The notes under the pieces: model-generated
Databases searched by the model: none
Seen by the model: only the letters and a program-made list of their open reading frames with translations
What the model was told of the DNA's origin: nothing
Part shown: in pieces, positions 38,031 to 51,599 of the stretch
How positions within the stretch are numbered: position 1 is the stretch's first letter
Layout: every line of letters begins with the position of its first letter
Translations under genes and position numbers: made by a program
Assembly (NCBI GenBank): GCA_013239625.1
Contig: MU057342.1
Coordinates: 2,604,335-2,668,334, forward strand
Length of the DNA: 64,000 nucleotides
Source: Lama guanicoe
Lineage: Eukaryota
Direction of reading: 5' to 3'

Positions 38031-38404
38031 TGATTATTAACTCCCTGGCTGCAGATTTTTCTCTCCCTCTTCAAATAAGGGAGGGAGAGTTTTCTTTATA
38101 GGACAGAAACTGATAAAAACCCAATCTTAAAAATACACTTGCAATGTTTTTATTGAAATCATCTAGCAATCCTAGCTAGACTGGAGCAGGCCACTTTGAG
38201 GGCTGGGAGGTGAAACACCGTCGTATTCACCTTGGGCATCAGGAGTTTATGAGATGCACTTCCTCCTGGGGAACAGGAGCAAAGCCAGAGGACCCTCACA
38301 GGCTGGAGGACTGCAGTGTAAGGCACCTGGCCGCTTCCAAATGGGCCACTGCAGCTGTCCTTTCCTGAGAGAGTTACCTGCAGACTATAGTTTAGCAGAG
38401 AGGT

Positions 38405-38905
38405 TTTGTGGGGTTTGGGGGTGTAAAATATATATAACAAATTCACTGTGTTAACGATTTTTAAATGTACAGTTTAGTGGTGCTAAGTACGTCAGTACCT
38501 TAATGCCGTCATGCAATCATCAATCTCCAGAACTTTTTCATCATCCCAAACTGAAACTCCATGCCATTAAACACGAACTCCCCTCTCCCCATCCTCCAGC
38601 CCCTGGCTACCACCCTTCTACCTTCAGTCTCCATGAATTTGATCCCTCTGGGTACTTTACATAAGTGGAATCATACAATCTTTGTCTTTTTGTGTTTGGC
38701 TTATTTCACTTAGCATGATGTCTTCAAGTTTTATCCATGTTGTAGCATGTGGAATCTCATTCTTTTTAAAGCTGTATAATATTCCCTTTTGTTTATCCAT
38801 TAATCCACTGAGGTTGCTTGCTTCAACCTTGGGGCTATTGTGACTAATATGGCTATGAATATGGGTGTACAAGTATCTGTTCCTTCCCTTCATGTCTTTT
38901 GGGTA
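38405..38905 (-). mobile_element. L1MB-type 3' UTR
   Basis: ttaaatgtacagtttagtggtgctaagtac...ctccagaactttttcatcatcccaaactgaaactcc...cataagtggaatcatacaat...ggcttatttcacttagcatgatgtcttcaagttttatccatgttgtagcatgt. Confidence 0.9.
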
Positions 38906-39859
38906 GCAGAGGCTAGTTTTAAAATGCATTCGATAGGAAAAAAACTAGGAACTTCTAAAAAAGCCTAAAATAATTAAGTTTACTTCTTTTAAGGATTTGA
39001 AAAGGAAGCCATTGTTCGGGTTTTTCAGAGCTGACATTACAAAAGCTTTTCTTATGACAAGTTTTTTTAAGAAAAAAATGACATAGAACTTCCTAGACTC
39101 TATTTATTAAGGGACTACACAAATGGCAATAATAAAAATAATTAGTAAATTTTACTCTTGTCATTTATACATTTAATTAAAAAATTACAGCTTTAATTTT
39201 CCAAAATTGACTAAAAGAAAATGAAAATACACTCATTAAATTTCTTAGAGTATGTGGTGGCTGCTTCATGCATACATAAACAAGCATTTTTTAGACTACT
39301 GCACATGTCAAAATGTAGCTCTAAAGGATATCATGCTTGATGTGATAAGCTTGTTCCTGTGTTTTATCAAATGCCTACAAATAAATCACATTTTGAACAA
39401 GTGAAGACAAGATGCTTATAAGGCTATTTAAAGAATCCTTGAAAGAAAGCTTTTGGAAAAGATTCCTTTTGTTATTCAAATAGTCACCTGCTAACGTATC
39501 TGCTTCAGAGTCTCAAGTTCTGGTGTTTTTTGAAAAGGAGAAACTCTCCAAGTCTGAAAAATGAATCACCACTTTCTTTCTTTTTTTTTACTCCACCAAT
39601 CTGACTCATCATATTATTTTGTTGGCTCAAAGTCCTATGCTATATTTTTGGCTATTTTGAGCTTACTTAAAGGTAGAGATTAGCAACACACAAAATTGAG
39701 AAAGAATGTAAAAGGGCAATATTTTCCCGAGATCGTCCATTCAGAAGCCAGTGTTTAAGTCCCAGGGGGACACTTCATGCCCTAACAAACTGCCTGACCC
39801 CTCTCCCAACCTCCTCCCACAAGCTCACCTTTGTTTCTCATAGTTCACTAACGGCCAAT

Positions 39860-40310
39860 TCCAGTCTCTCCTTCATTTAGGGTATTTCTCACCTCAGCCT
39901 CCTCTCTATCTTCTCTGAAATGCCCTAGTTCAAGACATCATCAGTTTTTGTTTGGTGTATTGCTTCCAGCCTCTCTCATCGCTGCTTACTATTGCTTCTG
40001 CGCTTAAGTCCACACTCCCCAGCTGAACATGCAAGACCTTCCATAATCTGACCCCCATCTAACTTGGGCTCTTGTCCCTCATGTGCCCTCAGTTCTACTC
40101 TTGCTGGACCCTGCTCTGAGTTCCATGCCTCCAAGTCTTCATGCCATGCTATTTTTTCTGTCTTCCCTGTTTCTCTTTCTTGGACACTCAGGCTCTCATC
40201 TGTACTCTCATGGAGAGCTTTTCACTTGTCTATTAAAAGGCTTGTAACTTTCTTTGCCATGTGTCAGTTATTTGTGTTTATAGCTCGGTCCCCTGTGCCT
40301 CCTACCTAGC
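39860..40310 (+). mobile_element. L2 fragment
   Basis: tgccctagttcaagacatcatca...caagaccttccataatctgaccccc...ccatgcctccaagtcttcatgccatgct. Confidence 0.6.
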
Positions 40311-43159
40311 CAGCTCAATGAAAATTTTATCATGGGATATCAAGCAGTATCAGTAACCTCGCTTCATAATTGTATTACTCTTATAAAAAGTCAGAGTTTT
40401 GAGTTACATGCAATAACAACAAAATAGTACATTAAATACATGTTGTGCTTTCCAGGTCTATTATCTTTCATCTCAAGACCTCTGAAAAAGGTGACATGTC
40501 CATCCTTCTTGGACAAATGTGAGCAAAATGAAGCAAATTGTCAGCAAGAGGCAAAATCGGTGTGGCTGCAGCAGGCGAACAGGAATTTCTGGAAGTGCTA
40601 GAAAAACATAAAGTATTCAGAAAAATGAAGCTCAACCCGACTGCGGGCCCCTTGCTATGATCTCCAGACAGCACTACCTATGAGTTCAGGAATATCTTGA
40701 TTTACGTGGATGGCCACAAACACTCAGGAGAAACAAGACTTCAGATGAAATGAAAGAGTGAGTGTGTACTCTCATGACAACAGAAACCACCATGGATCAC
40801 TACGAGTAATGTTCTCCAGGACAGACTCCCCTTCTTAATCCAGAGGAGCCACTAATGGGGCGTTTCCGGGATCTGCCTTGCTCCCAAGAGCAAATCTCCA
40901 GTTAGGATCCTGTCATACAGGTCAACTTAGTGCACAAAGTCTGGCTAGTGGCCAAGTATCTCAAGGAGCGTTTACCTGTTATAAGTCACTCTCCACCCCT
41001 GCAAAGCAATTCATAAAAAGTTCATTAACTATCTGGCTTCATTTGGACTGCTTGGTAGGTTTAGACCACTTCATCTCTTTTGTCACTCAGTTTTTAATGG
41101 AGCACACATAAGTCATTAGAGAGAAACCTTTTTAATAATAAGTAAACAATGGAGAGGAACCCAGCCCTGTAGCATGCATATACCTGCAGGCCAGAGCTAG
41201 AGTCCGTTGGGCAAGTCTTCTCTTGGAAGCACCTTGCATGCCATCTGGAGTGTCCAGCAGCTGTCTGTTGTTTTACTTCATGGCACTCGGGGAAATACAA
41301 GTTATTTACCCAACATCGTTGGGGAACCTTACAAATAGAGCATTTTCGCCTATACTTAATAAAACACATTTGCTATAACTAGATTTGTTTTTAAAGGTGA
41401 TAAAATATGAACAGACCTTTCTCTTTTTTTGGAGTAGTCCTAGCTGCGGGCTTCTCAGCGCCAGCACGTGTTTCTTTAACATGCATGAGTTCCAGCACGT
41501 GGTGCCTGTAGACAGCCCAGCCAAGATCACGCTGACTTTCCCTCCTCTGGGACCCAATGCCCAACGTCTCAGACATCAGTGAGGCTCCCACGAGACCCTG
41601 CTGGCTCGAGGCCCTTTGCTAATTTGCCTAATCCTCTCTGCTGGCAAAGGCAGAGCTACTGAGGTCGGATCTGCACTAGTCAGTAATCTGCTTCTCAGGT
41701 GCCCTCTCCTCCTGGTCTTACTCACAAATATGAAAAGAGGCGGGTGAGCAGGCTCAATGGCCAAGAATCACTGGGATTCATTGGTGCCACCAGGTGAAAA
41801 CACTGGTAAGGGAAGTCTCAGTAACCCTCACTAACCATGCATGGTCCTACCTTTTTTTCTGGACTCCTGAGATTTGCACTTGTGTCGCTTCTGATAAAGA
41901 ACTGGCCTACTGAACGTGCACATCATGGAGCCCAAGACTAGCATTTCAGAAAAGCCGAGTTAGAAATCCAGCTCAGCCTTGCAGGACACATTTATGTAAG
42001 TTGCTTAATCGCTTTTTCTCTTTTGCCAAACCTGAATAGGATATCCTTCATCGGCCTCTGTCTGCAGACACATCCCCCAGGCAAGCACGCAGCGCTGGGC
42101 GGGGAGGGCAGTCACACCCCGGTTAAGTAGGAGGGTGAGTGTGGTGCACAAGTGGCTTCTCTTCAGAGTGTCCAAGTGGATGCAAAACGGGAGGAAAAGG
42201 ACAATAACCAGTAAGAGGGGAATTTACAAGAATGGCCTTTTATCTATCCAGAAAGGATTGGTGTCCATTTTATCCAATTTCAAATATGCTGGGTGCCTTC
42301 ATTGTCCAGGGCATTTTCTGTGTGTTGAAAAGTAATATACAATCCCTGCCCTCAGNNNNNNNNNNNNNNNNNNNNNNNNNNNNNNNNNNNNNNNNNNNNN
42401 NNNNNNNNNNNNNNNNNNNNNNNNNNNNNNNNNNNNNNNNNNNNNNNNNNNNNNNNNNNNNNNNNNNNNNNNNNNNNNNNNNNNNNNNNGAGGCACACTG
42501 CAGCTTGCTGTTCTAAGGAGCACAGTCCACAGAGGGCATCCATGCTGACAGCTAAGGATCTGGAAAGGCTTCGCAGACAAGCCTGCGTTTGTGCTGGCCT
42601 GGGCAGGAATGGAACCTCAGCAAGCAGAAACAGAGAACGGATTTTTGAAGAAAGAAAGAAAAAAAAAACTTGAGAAAAGGCAGGGAGCGGGGATAGTACA
42701 AGACTTGTGCTATGTGGTGATATGCGTGGGGAAGAGGAATTGACCTGTGAGGACCCAACCTGGGAAGGAGTCACCAAAGACAGGCAGGCGGCATCCGCCA
42801 CGTTTTCAGCAGTCTCTCAACCTGTACTTACAATGCCTCTGAAGCAAAATGAGCCGCATTAAGGCAAGCACTCAACTGCTTCTCTCTGATTCTGCCCCTG
42901 TCATTCAGTTTGGTCCCCAAATGGCGCCTTCTTGTGCTTACAAGACAGACTCTAAGGATTATACTTGGTATTTAGAGTTCTGAGGAAGTGTTTCTATGTA
43001 TACAGAAAGCCTGGCAAAATAAGAAAGGTATTCCACCTCTCATGTCTTTCCCAAGCCATAAAACTCTAAGAAAACGGGTCACCTGAATCTCCTATTAAGG
43101 TATGAGACTCAAGTGGTTCTATGGAAGTATTACTCCAAGTGTATTAATGACTATATCAA

Positions 43160-45460
43160 GAACATTCATCATCATTCATTCATTCCTCCATTCATTGAAC
43201 AAATATTGACTGAGCACCTATCATGCACCGAGCAGCATCCCAGGCACTGGGAATATGGCAGAGAATGTAACAGACCTCCAGCCCCCCAGTGGAGCTTACA
43301 GTTCAGTGGGTGGAGACTGACAATAAATGAAAGAAATACAAAAAATAGTAAGCCAGGTGATGTGATGTGCTACGGAGAAAAGGGGCAGGGAAAGGACATA
43401 GGTAGTGCCAGTGACATCTGAGCCAATACTTGAAAGGAGGGAGGGGTGGAGACTCATGCAGATCTCCAGGAGCAGAGCATTGTGGCAGAAGGAACAGCAA
43501 GTGCAAAGGCCCTGAAATGCACCAGACGTGGTTGAGGAATCCAGCTCGGCCTTGCAGAACACAAGGTGGCCAAGGTGCCTGGAGCTGAGTGAGAGAAGGC
43601 GAGCACAGTAAGATGTAAGGACAGAGGAGTAAGAGCCATCAGCAGTCTGGAGCAGGAAGACAATTAGCAGAGTGTGGATCGTGGGAGCAAGGAGAAGAAA
43701 AGCATTTCGCGGTGGAGAAAGTGAGTGGTCAGTGTTAGGAAATGTGGCCAAGAGGGCAAGTAAGGACTGAGCATGGACTCTTGAAGTTAATGCTGTGGAC
43801 GCTGTGGGCGGACCTGACTAGAAGGACTTAGGAGGAGGGAAGGGGTCAAAGGCGCAACCGCAGGGAATTCAAAGAAGAGTGGGAGGAAAAGAATGGACAA
43901 CAAAGCAGTACTGAAAAGTGTAGAGAAATGGAGTGGTTATTGGAGGAGGAAATGCTGTGAAGAAACATTGTTTTTTTTTTTTAAATAAAGAACTTATACA
44001 ACTCAATAGCAAAAAGGCAAATNNNNNNNNNNNNNNNNNNNNNNNNNNNNNNNNNNNNNNNNNNNNNNNNNNNNNNNNNNNNNNNNNNNNNNNNNNNNNN
44101 NNNNNNNNNNNNNNNNNNNNNNNNNNNNNNNNNNNNNNNNNNNNNNNNNNNNNNNNNNNNNNNNNNNNNNNNNNNNNNNNNNNNNNNNNNNNNNNNNNNN
44201 NNNNNNNNNNNNNNNNNNNNNNNNNNNNNNNNNNNNNNNNNNNNNNNNTTCGTGGGAATGTCAATTGGTGCAGCCACTGTGGAAAACGATATGGAGGTTC
44301 CTCAAAAAGTTATAAATAGAACCATCATATGATCCAACAATCCTACTTCTGAGTATATTTCTGAAAGAAATGACATCACTATCTTGAAGAGAAGATGTCT
44401 GTACTCCCATGTTCATCACAATATTATTCACAACAGCCAAGGTATGGAAACAACTGAAGTGTGCCTTAAGGGATGAATGAATAAAGAATATGCAAGTTAC
44501 ATGATGGAATATTATTCACCCATAAAAAAGGAAATCCTGCCACTCTCACCAACATGGATGAAACCTGAAGGAGTTATGTGAAGTGAAAGAAGTCAGTCAG
44601 AGAAATANNNNNNNNNNNNNNNNNNNNNNNNNNNNNNNNNNNNNNNNNNNNNNNNNNNNNNNNNNNNNNNNNNNNNNNNNNNNNNNNNNNNNNNNNNNNN
44701 NNNNNNNNNNNNNNNNNNNNNNNNNNNNNNNNNNNNNNNNNNNNNNNNNNNNNNNNNNNNNNNNNNNNNNNNNNNNNNNNNNNNNNNNNNNCCACTAAGC
44801 TTTTTTGTGGTCATCGATTCACAACATACATGCATAGCCAATCATTACGTTGTATGCCTAAAACTTACACAATGTTATTTGTCCATTATATCTCAATAAA
44901 GCTGAGGGGGGAGTAAAAGAAAGAAAAAAAGGTTGTTTTTGTTTGATTGGTTGATCATTTGTTTTGTCCTGTTTTTCAAATGAGAGAAATAACAGCCTGT
45001 GAGTAGGCTGTTAGGAATGGACCCAGTGGAGGGAAGGACTGGTGATGCTAGAGAAAGAAGGAAACTGGTCAGAATGAGCAGGGGGAATGGGTGGGAGGGG
45101 GAGGACCCAGGGCACGAGGGCACGAGGCTAGCTTAGGCAGCAGCAGGAACAACTCCTGATCTGGAAAAAAGAGGAGGCAGAGAATCCAGCACCAAGGTTT
45201 GGATGCAGATGTGCACCAGGAGCTCACGCAGCTCCCTCCCCACAGCTCTGTCATCTTCTCAGTGGAACAGACAGGGGATGTGTGGTCAGAGAGGCCCCAC
45301 CCTGTAGGGGCTGAGGTGTGACGCCAAGCGAGAAGGGGCTGCAACATGATCTGAGCTATTTGTGGGGTTTTTTTTTGATAGACCAAAGTGGTAGCAGTGG
45401 ACGTGGGGTAGCGATCAGATTCTGAATGTATTTGAATACAGGTAAGTAGGGAAGAGTCCG
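43160..45460 (-). mobile_element. Long L2 fragment split by an L1 insertion
   Basis: cattcattcctccattcattgaacaaatattgactgagcaccta...ggagcttacagttcagtggg...gaaggaacagcaagtgcaaaggccctga; L2-like text resumes at about 44960 (gagagaaataacagcctg...ggaatggacccagtggaggg). Confidence 0.8.
43982..44930 (+). mobile_element. L1MA-type 3' portion (end of ORF2 + 3' UTR) with two N runs
   Basis: aaagaacttatacaactcaatagcaaaaa; gtgggaatgtcaattggtgcagccactgtggaaaacgatatggaggttcctcaaaaa; ttatatctcaataaagctg. Confidence 0.92.
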
Positions 45461-46449
45461 TGAAGTATACAGGGTGCTTTGTTTTCCTCCCAAACCAATA
45501 CAACGAAACCAAGAGATGTTATTACAGCATTTAAACCAAAAATCAGTAACATTTCAGCTGCTTTTACTGACATCAATCCAGTTTTTAGCTAGCAAAACTA
45601 TTCCAGAACTGTGGCAATATCAATAACTGACGCCAGTGAATACATAAAAACCACTGGCGTTGTAAAGCATTATAGAAATTGCAGCTGTAGTTAAAAGCAA
45701 GGCATCTGTGTCTGTTCCAATAAGCCAATTGTCAGCAATGGATCAATAAATCACAGAATTAGCATGGAAAAATATTTCAAGCTTTCCAAGATCAAAGAAT
45801 GGATAGTAAAATATTAACTTGATGCCCTTTTAACTTTCTTTTCTCAATATTTATTAGTGTTTGACCTCCCTTGAAACGAGAGTTCCATTATAAGCTCTTT
45901 TGACAAATGGATTGAGAAGTTGCTCAAAGCACTCCATCATCACTAAGTATTTTCTCTCCACTGAAACACTATTAGTCTGCATTTTACAGTAACTCTCCAC
46001 AGCGTATCAAAAACGTGCATCTCTGCACAACACGGAAAAGAACTAGGAAGACTGCCCTTTCTCTCCCTCCTCTGCCGCCCATAACTACAGTTACAGATGC
46101 TCATTCTTACAGATAAAGCTGGGACATGCAAATTTGCATGGCAAGGTCAAAGTACCATTATAAAAAATGTCCACTCCTGGTCATTCATGAGGTCCATTTT
46201 AAACATATTTTAGCTAATATTTAGGCCTTGGAACAACCGAAATATATGAGGAGCCCAGCGCTTCCCTTCAAATTTATAACAGGAAATAATATGCATAAAA
46301 CTTCCCAGAGAGTAAAGAGCAGAAGTCCCTTCCTCCTCTTTTCCCTAGCTCAGGTTTTTTTTTGAGAAGCATTAACTTTTGTCACCCAGATGTTCTGTGC
46401 TACCCTAAAGGGCATATAAGATAGATTCCTGTAAGAATCATGGTGGGTT

Positions 46450-46885
46450 TTGACAAATTTCTAGAATTTAATACTAAAGAGACAATAAAAGATGCAAAAA
46501 TATTTAGCTGCAAGGATGTTCATCACTGCATGGTTTATTAGAAGGAAAAACTGCAGCTAACCTTAATGTCTAAAAATGGGTTAAAAAAAAAATAAGTACC
46601 ACCCATTTGGTTAAACTAGCAGAGCCACTAAAAATGATTTCAAGTCCTTAAAGATGTGGAAATAAGTTCATGGTGGATTTTGAAATAAAATTAATATGAA
46701 TGGTCTGACCACACTTTTGTTAAAAGAAAACATGTATTTACATGTATATTCATATGCAAGGAAATGAGAAGCCTAAACAGCAAAAGAGTTTGTGTTATTA
46801 TTTCTACATGTAGGATTTTCAGGGAAGTTGTCTGTTTTGCTCATCTGTGCTTTGTTCTAATTTTTCCGTAAGTATCTCTTTATTA
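46450..46885 (+). mobile_element. Old L1 (L1ME-type) 3' fragment
   Basis: gcaaggatgttcatcactgcatggtttatta...ccttaatgtctaaaaatggg...gcagagccactaaaaatga. Confidence 0.65.
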
Positions 46886-49240
46886 CTTGTGTTATTGGAA
46901 AACTGTCAGTAAATATGACTAAACATTATCCATGGGGACACTCCAGTCTCACAAGAAGACTGCTTGGCCAAAGGCACCCCAGTGGCTCCTGACCTTGTTT
47001 GCTTCGTAGACATGTGGTTATGTTGGTGCTTAAGCCCTAATGCGGCTCAGAGATGGCCTTCTTCCATGGATCTGTGACAATCGGCTCAGCAATCAGGCCG
47101 ACTGTATTCTTCAGGCACCAAGTGCAAGGAAATGGGAAGAGCAGCAGAGACCCAAATACCCACAGAACCACAAAGAACGAGGCTTTCGCAGTAAGCTTCG
47201 AGTGGGATGTGTCATCATGTTGGTTGCCATTGCATCAAAGCAACAGAGATTTTCCAGCAGCAAAAATGCAGCCAGAACATCCCTGGGGGATAGATGGTAG
47301 GGGGCACACAGGGGAGACAAGCAAAGCCCTAGAAAGAGAGCAAGAGCCCAACACACCCTTGGTCAAATGGGCCTTGTGCTATAAAACAGCATAGCACACT
47401 AAGGGAAATTCCAGCTAATTTCAGGGCCAAGACTCAATAGAAGGCCCAAGCAATTTCCAAAGACTCCTTTAAATTAAGCGTGAAGTCCCCAAAGAACTAA
47501 ATTCTAATACCTTGAACTTCAAACAAACTGCTTTAAAAGCAACACTAAAAACATCAAACAGAAAGTGGATTAAGTGCACGCTCTATCTGTAAGAGCTTGC
47601 TTAAGACAAACTCAATTACTTGTTCCGAAATGAGATACAGGTTTGTTTGGATTTACTGATAGGCTTGTCCTGATAAATGAGAATGACAGATCTAAGGGGA
47701 AAAAGCTTCAGTTCTCTCTCTTGGTTCACACTGAAAACCAAACCTCCAGATAAATGCATCAATGGGTAGCTGCGCTTTGCAAAGCAAAACAGGGCAACAT
47801 CCAAGGAATGCCAAGCCCAGTATTGACTTTTATCTTCTGTGCCATCTATTTGCATATAGAAAGCATAAGGGCATAGTTTCCTCTGGAAATAGTCAGCTTT
47901 TCCCCCTTCGGATGGTGCTTATTCCAAATAAGTATTTCTGTCTGCCATCACCCTCTGTTCAATTCTAGAATTTGCTCTCATCTGATTTTGGCCTATTTTT
48001 CAGTTCTGAGCAGAGGGCACAAGCCCGTGTGCCATGCTTGCCCGGCAGCACACTCACGCCTACCCTCACTCATGCTGGCCTTTGTGAGGCTGCCAGCACC
48101 CCCCTCTCGGAGACATCTGTTGCCTTGCTTAAACCAAGAAGCCACTGAAGCACGTGACTGGGCCGAGCAGACTCAGAGAGTGCCACCTCCAACAAGAGGC
48201 GTCTGTCCACTTCGCCTCTCCCCTGCCATTTCCTCCTCTAGCCTCGGCCTCAACAAGTGGCCAAGCCTCACACAAGCTGTCAGGGACAGATGCTATGTGA
48301 AAAGAGGAAATTGGACTCAAAGATGCTACAGCTTTTTAAATTAAGTCCAACCTAAAAGCCAAATAGTGAGGCATGAAATGAATACTTCCTTGCAAATAAG
48401 CACCACATTTCAAAAACAAATGCATTTGTTCAGAATAGTTGGCCGCTTATGAGCTTCGTCAAACGTTTCATTGTTCCTCATTCAGCGCCTCCGATATTCT
48501 CCCTTCTGCGGTGGGAGGTGGGAAATGCGTTTTGCATTGGTACATCGGTATCCTGAGTCTTTCTTTGTTGTTTCCTTCCTCCGCTGTCCCTAGGCTAGTT
48601 GTGTTGGCAGGAGCTGGCGTGTCCACACACAGCCAAATGCACACAGCTACTCATCACTCACCTCCTCGCTCCACAAACATCCACCAAGTGCCTACTACAC
48701 GTCAGGCCCGGCTTTACAGGATAGGCTAAGAAAGAGGAAGAATGGCAACACGGTTCTGGCTTTCCTCTCCCCGGTTCCCCCAAGCTAAGTCTAGTCATTC
48801 TCTTTGTCTCCATGTCTTTGTCTCCATTTTTCTCTAGTTTACTATTTGTTTGCTCTCCTGTTCTTTATTGTCCATCCCTGTGTGCTGCCTGCTAATTAAA
48901 GCTGACAAGAGGCCCAGGGCCTCGGCTGCAATTCTCAGCCTAAATGGCCTAGACCCTTGTTGATTACTAAGGACGGTGAGGACTCAGGGACAAGACCACA
49001 TGGACTTCTAGAGAGAAAAAAACAGGGAAGAAAAAAAAAACAAGACAAAACAAAAACCCTCAGATTCAGATGGACAAACCTTAAAATACATATAACCATC
49101 TCTGAGGGAATCAAAATACAGACGGGTCTCATTAAGATTTATTATTTTTCTCATTTTCTTTTCATCATTTCAACCATATAGAAAATTAAATATATTATTT
49201 AAGAGATTAAGAACGTCACCATACATTTCTAAATCAATAA

Positions 49241-49369
49241 GGGGGGAAGGGGTCGGGGTACAGCTCAGTGGTAGAGGGCATGCTAAGCATGCACAAGGTC
49301 CAGGGTTTTATCCCAAGTACCTCCACTAAGAAAAAATAAAATAAAATAAAATAAAATAAAATAAAATAA
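49241..49369 (+). mobile_element. tRNA-Ala-derived SINE, camelid vic-1-like
   Basis: ggggtacagctcagtggtagagggcatgctaagcatgcacaaggtccagggttttatcccaagtacctccactaag followed by (AAAAT)n tail; A box intact, B box degenerate. Confidence 0.85.
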
Positions 49370-49399
49370 GGAAGGAAACTCAGGTATCGCCTTGCCTGC

Positions 49400-49500
49400 T
49401 TTATAGACCAGGAAACCAGGGAGAATGACTTGTCCAAGACCACAGAGCCAGGTAGTTGCTGAGGCCAAGGTTCGATTCCCAGGTCCTCTGATTTGTTCCC
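49400..49500 (-). mobile_element. MIR fragment
   Basis: gaatgacttgtccaagaccacagagccaggtagttgctgaggccaaggttcgattcccaggtc. Confidence 0.65.
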
Positions 49501-50009
49501 CCTTCCCTCCTATCCATAGCCCCAGCCAAGTGCACTCTTCCCCATTCAGTGTATTCTATTATATCAGCATTTAAAAGTATTTCATGAATTAGGGATAAAG
49601 AAGGTAAAGCATATGCTTGCCGTGAAAATCTGATGACAATGCCTGGAGTTTTCTTTAGATAATCATAACACCCAAAATTTTGAAAAGAAATTCTGAAAAG
49701 TAAATTTCAGACAAATCCTATCAAGAAGATGGGAAGAAGAAAGAATGAGGCTGTTCCAAGATCATACTCACCACTGGATAACCATCAGGAAAGGAATATC
49801 TGACTTCGCTATTTTTTTCTTAGTCTCATTAAGGAAGACAAAACTTAAAATAAGAATTTGATTTCACTGGATCTACTAGTTATAACTCTTTGGGTTAATG
49901 GACCGAAAAACACCCCAAATTGGTTAATGCAGTAAAAGAATACATTGTTCTTAGAACTAAAAATCCAAGAAGGTGGTCTCATATCAGGAATGGCTGGACA
50001 CAGAGCTCA

Positions 50010-50215
50010 AATGGTGACAAACACCTATATGGTCCATACCAACTGCAGGGCACTGTTCTCAGTACTGCGAGTAGATGTTATAATGATTCCCATTTTTATG
50101 GATAAGGAAACAGAAACCTGGAGACTAACTTGCCCTGAGTGACCCTGATAGTAAACGGCAGAGCAGTTCAAACCCAAACAATCTGACTTCAGAGTCTAGA
50201 TTTTAACCAGTGCCT
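50010..50215 (-). mobile_element. MIR SINE
   Basis: attcccatttttatggataaggaaacagaaacctggagactaacttgccc...gtaaacggcagagcagttcaaacccaaacaatctgacttcagagtc. Confidence 0.75.
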
Positions 50216-51599
50216 CCTCACATCACCACAATCCAGTTTTGTTCCATCTTTCAAATCCACCTCCTCTGTGGGTCCATTCTCTTTGAGATGCTCCCCTCCC
50301 GGAAGCAGACAGCTGAAATAGCTTGAGCCTCAAAACCTGACAACTCCAAGCCCAGTAAAAAAAAATCAAGGGTTTCTTTTCCAAAAGTCCCAAGACAAGT
50401 CTCCCTGCATCTCATTGACTTGAGCCAAACATGGGAGAATACTAATGTTCTGATTTGCCAAACAAACCTGGGTTGCATATCCCCCTTGAGCAGAATGTGG
50501 AATCAACTCCACAGGAAACATATAGATAGAAATAAAAGGAGGTGACTATCAGAAATGTGACTGAAATACTGGGTGGTAAAAACAATAGGTGAACATTACA
50601 TTGTAAAATTTCACCACAATAATTAAAGTATTTCTTTTTCAATTATCCAATAGAAGCTCTAAGTCTTCAGGTATTATAGGCATCCTAGATGACCTGTGGC
50701 AGCTTTCTTTTTTTTTAAAGGATTAAGATGTATGAAAAAAATGAATTAAGATAGGACAATTGTGATAAATTTTATAATCATGGACTACCTCTACCAAGCC
50801 CATTCACATCAGTTTTCTGATTCCTCAATGAACTGTGAAATCAGAGAATTTTCACTTTAGGGTGGATATCAGAAATCATCCACCATCCCAAGATCCCACA
50901 TGGAGCAGTGGCTGTTCCCAGTGCATCCAAGGACCACTTTACCAGGCTGGTCTGCTTCTGACCTTGCCCTGCTTTTATGTACGGCATGGCCGATAGAGAA
51001 GAGGCGATGCCGCAGAAGACATCTGCACTTCCCTCCACCCTGTGGAAACCACAGAACTACACTCCCCTTATCTCTCGTCTCCCTCATCACCCCATCCCCA
51101 CGTGTAGACCTTGCCTTCAACTGCACACCTCCCAGCTTGCCCTGTTGTCATACCAGAGCCCCTACCCTGCTTCTTAGGATAAAATACTTAGGATTGCCTC
51201 CTCTGAAATAAAGATGAGTCCTACCACAATCTTTTAAGCACCCCAAGATCCACTGTTATCCTCTAAGCAGTCTTTATCTTTCCCCATGTGAGTCTGAGTG
51301 GAAACAAGTAAGCTGAGAGAGAACGGAGTGGTGGGAGGAAATGGACCTCAGAAGGACCAAACTCCAGAAGGGTGGGTATGATGTACCACCTGGAAAAGAT
51401 GCTACAGAGGGTTTGTGAGTGCTCACTAGGAGCTATTGTGACCTCCTGGCTTGGGAGGTCAGAGAACTAGACCCAACACCCTGTAGCTGGACTCCAGCAA
51501 ATATTTCATTACATTTCTGAGGGCACCTTTATGAGTTGGATGACTGCCAGTAGGTGATACAATTAGTTGGACTGGTAACTGAAAGACCCGAACACTGGG

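Noticed and set aside
49255-49326. Possible tRNA-Ala gene
   Set aside because: T-arm/B box degenerate (ggttttatccc), and an A-rich tail follows; it is a SINE.
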